NCBI GenBank assembly: GCA_903822015.1
Contig: CAIJNQ010000172.1
Location: 1-42,857 of the forward strand
Reading direction: 5' to 3'
Length of the DNA stretch: 42,857 bases
From: an uncultured Verrucomicrobia subdivision 3 bacterium
GTDB taxonomy: Bacteria > Verrucomicrobiota > Verrucomicrobiia > Limisphaerales > UBA11358
Under the pieces are notes generated by a model. It was not told the DNA's origin. It was given only the letters and a program-made list of their open reading frames with translations, and made no database searches. This document shows, piece after piece, positions 34,847-42,857 of the stretch; the first letter of the stretch is position 1, and each line of letters starts with the position of its first letter. The translations under genes were made by a program, and so were the position numbers.

Positions 34847-37800
34847 ATGAACATGTTCAAAACCCAAACCCCCAAATCCGCGTTTATGCGCGCGGCGGCT
34901 TTGGTGATTACAGCGGGCGCGCTGGTTACCCAGAACGCAAAGGCGCAGCAGATATACAAACAGACCTTCAACACTGATGACAGTGCAAACTGGGCGGTCA
35001 ATTACAGTTACAATTGCACTGATCCCAATTGGCTAACCATCTCCAACCAGCTGACCGATTTTAACTTCGATTACACCACGGCTGGCATTCCCCTGGCTCC
35101 ACACAGTTCCATATACGGGTCAGCTGCAATCCACCACGGATTGAAAATGAGTGCGGTCTATACGAATTTAACTGCGAATATAGTAGCGAAAGGCTCTGCA
35201 GCAACGGCGGGCATATCGGCTACGCCGCTTAATTTTAGTGTCACCGCCGATTTTGTGATGCATGCGGATATGTGGATTAACGTCAACTGCGCCCCTTACA
35301 GTGTCGTGGATACCAATTATGCCGACAGCACCGCCAGCTTTGCGACCACGGCACACAACGGCTCGGCTTCGACTGTTCTCTACGGTTGCGGCTACGGCAC
35401 GGCGGGCACGGTGGCAACCACACCCGGCGTGACGGATGCGATTTTTGTGGGAACTACTACGGATAATGGTTCCTCGGCGCAGATACGCATGTATGGCCCT
35501 TCAACCATAGGCCAGTCCTCTTATCAGAACGGCACCTATCAGTCCACCGGCACCGCGACACCAGGATTTACGGGTGATCCCCTTGTCTACAATATCGGGA
35601 ATACACCTAATGGCGCCGGTGCCCGCGCAATGGTAAGCACCACGCTTAATCCTCCATATACCGCAAGCCAATTATCAACAAACTTGGCCAGCAGTGTGGC
35701 CTGGCGCGATATATTTCCCTCCTCTGCGGTTCCCCTGCAACAACAGATTCTTTATCCGCAGCAAACGAACAATTACTCAATCCCCGGACTGCTTACGTTT
35801 GGCTGGCATGACGTCTCGGTTGAGAAGATTGGCACTGTGATTGTTTATAAGATAGACGGGAACATTCTCGCCACGGGCAACTATTCCTCGGCTGGAACTC
35901 CATCCGGCAGTTTGCTTACTTTCGTGGCTTCCCGCACAGGTCTCTCGGCGGCGAGTGCTGCCACTTCCAATTATACCAACTTGAACTTTGTGGTGTTCGC
36001 CAACATTGTCGTTTCCAATTATGCCAACGTGGTAAACGTATCGGCGTCGCAACCGACCTGCCAGGAGGGAATTCCCGGTACGCCCGGGCTGTTCACCCTC
36101 ACCCGCAGCTCGGCGGGGGTGCCTTTGACGGTTAATTACACACTGGCAGGCACGGCAACCAATGGTTCCCAGTACACCGTCTCCGGAGGCACCACCACCA
36201 GCGTGACGTTCAGTTCGACGGCCACGTCCACCAACGTCGTCATCACGCCCGTAGACGACGGCATTCCGGAACCGACGCACACAGTTATTTTAACCCTTCA
36301 ATCCGGAACCGGCTACGCCGGAGCTGGTAACGCGGTCGTTAGCATCCTTGACGGGGATACGCCGACAGTGGATATTACCGCTCCGAGCGGTGCGCAGGCT
36401 TATGGACGTTATACCGGCATCACACCAGGATCCGGAAACAATGACTACATCCCCTTCACCCTGACGCGCCGTGGCCTTTTGACCACCGGTTCCGCCTTGA
36501 CCGTGAATTTGTCCTACGGCGGCACGGCAGTGGGCGGCACGGATTACTCCTCCGTAAGCAGTGTGAACATTCCGGACGGCGCGCAAACCGCGAATTTGGC
36601 AATCGTGCCGCTGAATAATCCTGCCACGACCAGCAATCTGACGGTCATAGCCAATGTGACTTCCGTCACGGGTGGTGCCGTTGGGGCCAGCCCAGCGACC
36701 GGGACGATTATTTCCGCCAACTATGCGGTAACAGCCCCGGTGCTGCTGACTGATGCGCTAACTGATTCCAGCTCCACGGAAACCCAGAAATGGTATGTGG
36801 TTTACGGCACAGGCGATCCGGTGAATGACGCGACCAACTACAGCGCGGATTTCGGATATAGCCTCGCCAGCGATCCAGCAGGCAATCTCATCCCTCCACC
36901 ACCGGGCGGAAACACCCATGCGCTCCACCTGACCTGCAATAAACAGAATGCCGTCAACCCCGCACCCGGGGCGGTGAACTGCTACTTCACCAACCTCCTG
37001 CTGAGCGGCAATTATGCCGTCCGGTTCAACATGAACGTAGTTGAGGCCCAAGGAACAGCCAACGCCACCGAGGGCCCGGTCTTTGGTATCAACCACTCGG
37101 GAAGTTTGAGCAACTGGTGGTATGGCGCCGGGACCCTTGCCCCCTGGACCTGGTCCAGCGACGGCATCTGGTATTGGATCGACCCGCAAGCCGGCGGCAC
37201 GGTGGCGGGCGACTACCAAGAATACACCGGACAAGGCGGCACGAACGCAAACACCGGCTGGACGCGGGTGGCGACGGGAGTGGCGAGCACCTTCGGGCAG
37301 GCGTTCAAGAACAATGACCTGGGGATTTACGGCCCCTTCACTTGTTATGACGGTTTCGGCAACCACAGCTCCGGCATCCCGGCCAACGGCTCTTCGGTGA
37401 CCGATGACGACAGCACCTGGAGCGACGTGGAAATCAAGCAGATTGACAACATCGTTACCATGTCGATCAATCATACACCCATCTTTGCCTATACCAACAC
37501 CACGGTATGGACGAACGGCTATTTGATGCTGGGTTATGCAGATCCATATGGAGCCTCAATCGCCGGCGTTGAAGCGGGTGTCTATTATGCCAACCTGCAA
37601 GTGGTGCAGTTACCTGCGACCATCAACACCACCGTTACCATCAACAAGATTGCCGTCAGCGGCGGCAATGTGGTGATCACCTTCACCACCTCCAACCCGG
37701 CGGACACCACGTCCTCCTTTACACTGCAGAGTTCCGGAACAGTGGGTGGTGCCTACAGCGGCGTCAGTCCGGCGGCGAGCATCACCTCGCTGGGCAGCAA

Positions 37801-37867
37801 CCAATTCCAAGCCACGACCCCCTACCTTGCGGGAACGCAGTTATTCTATCGCATACAACATCCCTAA
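34847..37867 (+). CDS. Large secreted Ser/Thr-rich protein with two Calx-beta-like domains between two copies of an unnamed domain, and a C-terminal FYR domain
   Basis: AAAGGA RBS before ATG 34847, signal peptide ending AKA/QQ. FTLTRSSAGVPLTVNYTLAGTATNG...ITPVDDGIPE..TVILTL..GTGY and FTLTRRG...LTVNLSYGGTA..GTDY are Calx-beta-like. Confidence 0.85.
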   Translation: MNMFKTQTPKSAFMRAAALVITAGALVTQNAKAQQIYKQTFNTDDSANWAVNYSYNCTDPNWLTISNQLTDFNFDYTTAGIPLAPHSSIYGSAAIHHGLKMSAVYTNLTANIVAKGSAATAGISATPLNFSVTADFVMHADMWINVNCAPYSVVDTNYADSTASFATTAHNGSASTVLYGCGYGTAGTVATTPGVTDAIFVGTTTDNGSSAQIRMYGPSTIGQSSYQNGTYQSTGTATPGFTGDPLVYNIGNTPNGAGARAMVSTTLNPPYTASQLSTNLASSVAWRDIFPSSAVPLQQQILYPQQTNNYSIPGLLTFGWHDVSVEKIGTVIVYKIDGNILATGNYSSAGTPSGSLLTFVASRTGLSAASAATSNYTNLNFVVFANIVVSNYANVVNVSASQPTCQEGIPGTPGLFTLTRSSAGVPLTVNYTLAGTATNGSQYTVSGGTTTSVTFSSTATSTNVVITPVDDGIPEPTHTVILTLQSGTGYAGAGNAVVSILDGDTPTVDITAPSGAQAYGRYTGITPGSGNNDYIPFTLTRRGLLTTGSALTVNLSYGGTAVGGTDYSSVSSVNIPDGAQTANLAIVPLNNPATTSNLTVIANVTSVTGGAVGASPATGTIISANYAVTAPVLLTDALTDSSSTETQKWYVVYGTGDPVNDATNYSADFGYSLASDPAGNLIPPPPGGNTHALHLTCNKQNAVNPAPGAVNCYFTNLLLSGNYAVRFNMNVVEAQGTANATEGPVFGINHSGSLSNWWYGAGTLAPWTWSSDGIWYWIDPQAGGTVAGDYQEYTGQGGTNANTGWTRVATGVASTFGQAFKNNDLGIYGPFTCYDGFGNHSSGIPANGSSVTDDDSTWSDVEIKQIDNIVTMSINHTPIFAYTNTTVWTNGYLMLGYADPYGASIAGVEAGVYYANLQVVQLPATINTTVTINKIAVSGGNVVITFTTSNPADTTSSFTLQSSGTVGGAYSGVSPAASITSLGSNQFQATTPYLAGTQLFYRIQHP

Positions 37868-37902
37868 TTGACCAGGGTCAATTAGCAGGAAAATTATCTT
37901 GG

Positions 37903-37935
37903 CCGGGACATCCGCCGCGGTGGCGGGTGTCCCGG
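37903..37935. terminator. GC-rich stem-loop between the Calx-beta gene and the prepilins
   Basis: ccgggacatccgcc-gcggt-ggcgggtgtcccgg, a 14-bp stem with one G-U pair. No long U tract, so it may be a stabiliser or attenuator. Confidence 0.45.
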
Positions 37936-38004
37936 TTCAAGAAAATGCGATAGGGATTTTCTGGCGGCTGTGAAAATAAAGTAATTGAAGTATTTGTATT
38001 TGAT

Positions 38005-38871
38005 ATGAAAGCGCAACAAGAGAGGCGGTTGCCCGGTGACAAGCGAGAAGGTTTCACCCTGATTGAATTACTGGTGGTCATCGCCATCATTGCCATTCTG
38101 GCGGCGATGCTGCTGCCCGCCTTGGCCGCCGCCAAAAGGAAGGCGTACTCCATTCAATGTGTTAGCAACATGAAACAGCTCCAATTGGGCGGGGTGATGT
38201 ATGCCAGTGAAAACAACGATTTCATGATGCCGAATTCTCCGTCCACGACATCCGGCTTAAGCTGGGTTGGCAACCAAAGTGTACAACACTGGAATGCCGC
38301 CGATTCCAATACCAATGCATCACTTTATCTGACCAATCTTATGGCGGGGTACATGACCGGCCAGTTGGGCGTTTATCATTGTCCGGCTGACAGAATTCCC
38401 TCGGCCAACGGACAGCGAATACGCAGCTACTCCATGCAAGGCCAAGTTGGTTGCAGTGGCCCCGTTTATATGAATCAGAATAATGCTAAATTCTATCTGA
38501 AGACTTCGGATGCGATCGGATTTCCAGGACCATCTGATCTAATTGTTTTTCTCGAAGAAAGCGGGGGTAGTTTGGGAAATGCCGGAATGGACGGCTGGTT
38601 GCAGGTTAACAATGCCTATGGTGCCACCCCTGGGGCATATACCGGTTCGGCTACTTTTCCCGACGTGCCTGGTGCTTACCACCTCTGGGGTTGTGGAATG
38701 TCCTTTGTTGACGGCCACTCGGAAATTCACAAATGGGTGACCAGCGCCCTTCAAATACCAGTAAATTATGGGCTTGCCGTGCAGAATGTTGCCGCCGGTG
38801 GGCTTCCACCCTCGCCAAAGGTCAATGCTGACTGGCAGTGGTTCACCTCCCATTGCGCGGCCCATAATTAG
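38005..38871 (+). CDS. Prepilin-type N-terminal cleavage/methylation protein with H-X9-DG motif (DUF1559-like)
   Basis: [51 protein letters not shown]. Confidence 0.92.
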   Translation: MKAQQERRLPGDKREGFTLIELLVVIAIIAILAAMLLPALAAAKRKAYSIQCVSNMKQLQLGGVMYASENNDFMMPNSPSTTSGLSWVGNQSVQHWNAADSNTNASLYLTNLMAGYMTGQLGVYHCPADRIPSANGQRIRSYSMQGQVGCSGPVYMNQNNAKFYLKTSDAIGFPGPSDLIVFLEESGGSLGNAGMDGWLQVNNAYGATPGAYTGSATFPDVPGAYHLWGCGMSFVDGHSEIHKWVTSALQIPVNYGLAVQNVAAGGLPPSPKVNADWQWFTSHCAAHN

Positions 38872-38907
38872 TCAGATACCGGCGACTGCCAAAGGCCGTG
38901 ACGAAAT

Positions 38908-39780
38908 ATGCAGGAAGAAAAAGAGCGCACGTCAAATTGGAAAAGCAGCGCCTTTACCTTGATTGAACTGCTGGTGGTGATCGCTATTATTGCCATCTTG
39001 GCGGCCCTGCTGCTGCCGGCATTATCCCAGGCCAAGGAGCGGGCCAAGCGCATCGGTTGCCTTAACAATGAGAAACAGATGGGGCTAGGCAGCCAGATGT
39101 TCGCTGACGACGACGCCAACCACGCCTTCACGGGCACGTTGAATTACGCCGACGACGATATGAACTGGCTTTACTGGTCCTATGTGCCTGCCACCAAAGC
39201 CTTCTATTGTCCCTCCACGGTGAATTTCGTCCGCACGAACACGGCACCCATTGATCCTGCCATTTGGGAGGCACCCACCTCACCTTTTCTAACACTGGGG
39301 AACCAGACGACCGTGTCCACTTATGCCGAACGCATTCATGGCGGCACGGTTTATATGACGGATTTGTTGACCAATGCCGGGGGAAAGCTTCAACCATTCG
39401 GAAGCAGCTATGAAGTTTCAGGCTTTTTTAATAGTTATACCACCAGCGGAAACAATTACAAAAACATACGAAAGACCCAGAACTCGTGCTCGCGCTACAT
39501 CACCACGATCACCGAAAAGCCCTACGTCACAGCTGGCCAGGCAGTCGGTCCTTCGGATATCCTGATTATTTACGACGCAGACGACGTCGGGCATCTGGCA
39601 AACGGCAGTGTGGATCCAAGCCGCAAAAACGACAACTATCCCGATCCGGGAGACAACCATGGAGCAGCGGGGGTCAATTTTGTATTTTGCGATGGTCACG
39701 CACAGTGGATCCCGCAGAAAAATTACATGCGCGACTTCATTCTCGGCACGGACGAATATCACCTGCCCATCGCTCCCTGA
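38908..39780 (+). CDS. Prepilin-type N-terminal cleavage/methylation protein, H-X9-DG-like
   Basis: [54 protein letters not shown] (10-residue spacer). Confidence 0.92.
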   Translation: MQEEKERTSNWKSSAFTLIELLVVIAIIAILAALLLPALSQAKERAKRIGCLNNEKQMGLGSQMFADDDANHAFTGTLNYADDDMNWLYWSYVPATKAFYCPSTVNFVRTNTAPIDPAIWEAPTSPFLTLGNQTTVSTYAERIHGGTVYMTDLLTNAGGKLQPFGSSYEVSGFFNSYTTSGNNYKNIRKTQNSCSRYITTITEKPYVTAGQAVGPSDILIIYDADDVGHLANGSVDPSRKNDNYPDPGDNHGAAGVNFVFCDGHAQWIPQKNYMRDFILGTDEYHLPIAP

Positions 39781-39831
39781 GGAGGGTGGTCCGGTTTTTC
39801 CCTTTCAAAAACCAAAAAACTTTCGATTGAA

Positions 39832-40884
39832 TCAACGCGGACTCACTTGGAGTCCGCGTTTTTCTTTGGCGGTGGCGAATGAGAGGATGCCTTTTTCCGC
39901 CGTCACGCCGGCATAGGGGTCGTTGGTGATAAGCAGATTCCCATCAATGTCGAGGTAGTCGGCCAGTTCCGCCAGGTGCGCGGCGGCGCTGATCAGCACG
40001 CTGGTTTCGATCATGCAGCCGATCATCGTTTTCAAGCCGGCCCGGCGTGCGGCGCGCAACGTCTCAAAGGCCATGCTCACGCCGCCGGTCTTAACCAGCT
40101 TCACATTCACTCCGTGGAAGCATTCCGCGCGGCGGGGGATGTCCTTGACCGTGTGGCAGGATTCGTCGGCAAAAATCGCCAATGGCGAGCGGGTCTTGAG
40201 CCAGATCAGATCCCGGTCGGCGGTATCGCGCGGCATCGGCTGCTCGATGAACTGGATTTTTCTATCCGTGGCCACGAGCCACTCGATCATCCGCAGGGCT
40301 TCCTCCTTGGTCTTCCAGCCCTCGTTCGCGTCCACGCGCACCGGCTTGCCCGGGGCGACGGAACGGAGCGCGGCGAAATTTTCACGATCACGCGGGTCGC
40401 CGACCTTGAGCTTGATCACCGGATATGGGTCGGCGTCCAAAACCTTTTTGCGGATGATGTCCGGCGCATCAATGCCGATGCTGAAGGACGTGACGTGATG
40501 GTGCTCGCGGAAACCCAAGCCCAGAAAATCGTGGAGCGGCTGGCCGGCGCGCCTGGCCGCGCCGTCGCACAGCGCAAGGTTCAGCGCACATTTGGCGGCG
40601 AACGGGATGCCCGGGATCGCCTCAAGCCGGGCCATGGCCCCGGGCACATCGGCAAACGACAAATGGGCCGCGTCGAGCTGTTGCAGAAACTGGAGGACGC
40701 CATCAGCGGATTCGCCATACAAACTGGACGGCGCGGCCTCGCCGAGGGCTGGCACGCCGTCGGCGTCGGTCAGTTCCACAATGACGGTGTGGTGGATGCC
40801 GGAGCCCCGGGAGCTGGCGATTTTCCAAGGGTTAGCGAGGTGCAACTCACAGGTGCGGGCGGTCAATTTCACCCTTAAATTCAA
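39832..40884 (-). CDS. Dipeptide epimerase (L-Ala-D/L-Glu epimerase, enolase superfamily)
   Basis: GEAAP, SFSIGID, IKLKVG (KxK), VDANEGW, IEQP, ADES, VNVKL.K.GG, MIGCMIE, DIDG (DxD). TTG start. Confidence 0.92.
   Translation of the reverse strand: MNLRVKLTARTCELHLANPWKIASSRGSGIHHTVIVELTDADGVPALGEAAPSSLYGESADGVLQFLQQLDAAHLSFADVPGAMARLEAIPGIPFAAKCALNLALCDGAARRAGQPLHDFLGLGFREHHHVTSFSIGIDAPDIIRKKVLDADPYPVIKLKVGDPRDRENFAALRSVAPGKPVRVDANEGWKTKEEALRMIEWLVATDRKIQFIEQPMPRDTADRDLIWLKTRSPLAIFADESCHTVKDIPRRAECFHGVNVKLVKTGGVSMAFETLRAARRAGLKTMIGCMIETSVLISAAAHLAELADYLDIDGNLLITNDPYAGVTAEKGILSFATAKEKRGLQVSPR
39834..39867 (+). terminator. Intrinsic terminator for the prepilin genes, inside the 3' end of the convergent epimerase gene
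   Basis: aacgcggactc-acttg-gagtccgcgtt, a perfect 11-bp stem, followed by tttcttt. Confidence 0.65.
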
Positions 40885-41107
40885 ACAGTTTCCCCACCGT
40901 TTGCAATCGGATTGGCTTCAAGGATGCCACCCTAAAATTGGCTATATCATCCTAAAATGCGAGGTTCAACCACGGAGGGGCAAGGAGTACGAAAACAGAA
41001 GTCAGGAGTCAGAATTCACCGCTGACGACAGAGAGGAAATCAGGAGGCTCACGCAAAGACGCAAAGGCGCCAATTCACCGGGAAAGTGAAGCCGATGGGG
41101 ATCGATA

Positions 41108-42265
41108 TCACCAGTGGCCGTAAAGGTTTTTTGGGATTTTTGCGTTATCCGGGAAGACAAGATAAATGGCGTTATGCGATTTCGTCCATGAATGGATGAC
41201 ATTGGCTCGCTGGTAAATGTGCCGGACCGACTGCCCGAGAGCGAGATTGGTGGCCGGGTCGTTGATGACCACATCCCCCGCTGGCGTGAAGCCGATGCAG
41301 ACGATCAGATGACCGTCCGTGTCCGGCGGCCGCCCCGGCTGGAGCCAGTCCCAGCGTCCGGAAAGAACCACCGGGATGCCCGCGACAATCCAGTCTTCCA
41401 CTTCCGAAAGGTCGTCGAGCCGCGTGACGAAGCTTCGCATGCCGGGGAAACTGCCGGCGAACGCCGTGTTGAACGGCCAGTTGCCCGTGCCGGCAAAATC
41501 GTCGTCATAAACATTGGCCGCGACTTCCGGCACGGTCAGATTCATTTCCGGCCGGTGCAAAACATCCGCCCAGCGCGACAGGACCATCGAGAGGGAGGTC
41601 GGGCTGCACCAGCCCTTTTCGTTCGGGTAGCCATGCTGCGAATGTTCCGGCGTGGAAATGATTTTGCCCCAGGCCGCGCGGTTCGGCGGCCGAGTGGCGG
41701 GGGGAACCCGGGTGTTGGAGAAGGATGCCCCGAGGAATTTCAGCGTCGGCCGCACGCCGTTGGTGCCGCCCAGCGTCACACGAATCCGGGCCGCGCCGGC
41801 GGGCTGCGTCAAAATCAAAGTGTCCGTGTCCACGGTGCCGTCGGCATCCTGCTGGTGGCGGACACTGGCGCGCGGGAAGGTTTTGTTGTCGGGCGACCAG
41901 TCGCCCAGCGTGTAAAATTTTGTGGCGTGGTCCGGCAAAATGGCGCAGGCCTCGATTTTCAGGAAGGTACCGGCGGGGGCAGCGGCATTCCAGGAGAGAA
42001 TCAATTCATTCCACGGAATGCCCGATTTGATTTCCGGCGAGAGCAGGACAGTTTCGCCGTTTTCAGATTGCGAGCGATTGAACTTTGAGAATTGGTTCAG
42101 GCCGACGAAATGGCTGAAGTCGGACCGGGTAGAAGGGGGAGCGGTTTTGCAACCGGCCAGGATAACCGCAGTCAGCAGGAGCAGAAGTGCATGGAACCTC
42201 TTAGAGCGTGTCAGAAAATTACGCGGGGCCCTGTTTTGATGGCACAGACTGGTGGCACAGGCCAT
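41108..42265 (-). CDS. Peptidase C39-like lipoprotein (start uncertain)
   Basis: LLLLLTAVILAGC lipobox, HSQ...WCSPTSLSM (Gln/Cys), GNWPFN.A.A, GHLIVCIGF (His), VINDPA (Asp). Confidence 0.82.
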   Translation of the reverse strand: MACATSLCHQNRAPRNFLTRSKRFHALLLLLTAVILAGCKTAPPSTRSDFSHFVGLNQFSKFNRSQSENGETVLLSPEIKSGIPWNELILSWNAAAPAGTFLKIEACAILPDHATKFYTLGDWSPDNKTFPRASVRHQQDADGTVDTDTLILTQPAGAARIRVTLGGTNGVRPTLKFLGASFSNTRVPPATRPPNRAAWGKIISTPEHSQHGYPNEKGWCSPTSLSMVLSRWADVLHRPEMNLTVPEVAANVYDDDFAGTGNWPFNTAFAGSFPGMRSFVTRLDDLSEVEDWIVAGIPVVLSGRWDWLQPGRPPDTDGHLIVCIGFTPAGDVVINDPATNLALGQSVRHIYQRANVIHSWTKSHNAIYLVFPDNAKIPKNLYGHW

Positions 42266-42596
42266 TCTAAAGCTGAGATTCTGGATGGACCAACGGCTAC
42301 AGAATGTCGAAGACTGGTGATGTGGGGCCAGAATACCCTTTGGGCGGCGGATCTGTTGGTTGTGGCCGGCGTTGGCTCGGTCGGCACAGCCCGCAATGGG
42401 GATGCTTCTCCCTAGCCGCCTTGACCCCGACCAAAATCCCACGCCGCAGCTCCCCGCGAAATTTTCGGACAAGCTCTTAAACATTGGGGCCATTCTGGTT
42501 GCAACCGGCGGCCCAAGTCCAGCCCCCGATTTTGGTGGGGCAAGCAGTTAATGATTCAGTCACCGGTCAGGCCGGGGTTGCAATCCGGCAATGGAT

Positions 42597-42857
42597 TTAT
42601 GTTTGTCCAGGGCCGCCGCCGGATTCACCGGGGTTTTTTCCCGCCGACCACAACAGCCATGACCAACCGGCGAGAAAGCTCAGTCCGCCGACCGGCGTGA
42701 TGGCGCCGAGCCATTTCAAATTTGTCACCGCGAGCAAATACAGCGAGCCGGAGAAAATCACGATGCCGGCAAAAAAGCCCCACCAGGCTATGCGGGCAAA
42801 CGGTTTTCGGCCGGCAACCACAAACAGCATGAGGGTGTGGATGAAATGGTAGAACAC
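42597..42857 (-). CDS. DUF423 (YgdD/TMEM256) membrane protein, 5' end outside the window
   Basis: YHFIH, GIVIFSGSLYLLA, LGAITPVGG..F..GW. Confidence 0.9.
   Translation of the reverse strand: MFYHFIHTLMLFVVAGRKPFARIAWWGFFAGIVIFSGSLYLLAVTNLKWLGAITPVGGLSFLAGWSWLLWSAGKNPGESGGGPGQT

Overview
GC-rich bacterial window whose gene content (H-X9-DG prepilin-like proteins, Ig/Calx-beta secreted proteins, beta-propeller sensor kinases) suggests Verrucomicrobiota; the taxonomy is inference. The left part (1-16.3 kb) is a glycan-utilisation locus: NarL-type regulator, beta-propeller/Y_Y_Y sensor kinase, OprB porin, an unclassified GH-like protein, GH2, malectin-GH3 and GH44. A tRNA-Ile2(CAT) follows. The rest (16.7-42.3 kb) is a large peptidoglycan breakdown/recycling cluster: MFS permease, double-length MurQ/GCKR-like protein, BioF-like PLP enzyme, HGSNAT-like acetyltransferase, class-A-like serine hydrolase, LdcA, GH25 lysozyme, Ald, a DacB-alpha/beta-hydrolase fusion, NamZ, an AmiE-like hydrolase, Ala-Glu epimerase and a C39-like peptidase. 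A more AT-rich cassette (Calx-beta protein plus two H-X9-DG prepilins) interrupts it. Best leads: a single-chain pseudo-dimeric MurQ with GCKR architecture, an unnamed domain shared by the lysozyme and the pilin-linked protein, a common C-terminal FYR-ending domain on three secreted proteins, and strong enrichment of the dipeptide Thr-Asn in exported proteins. All family calls come from motif recognition by eye, with no database searches.
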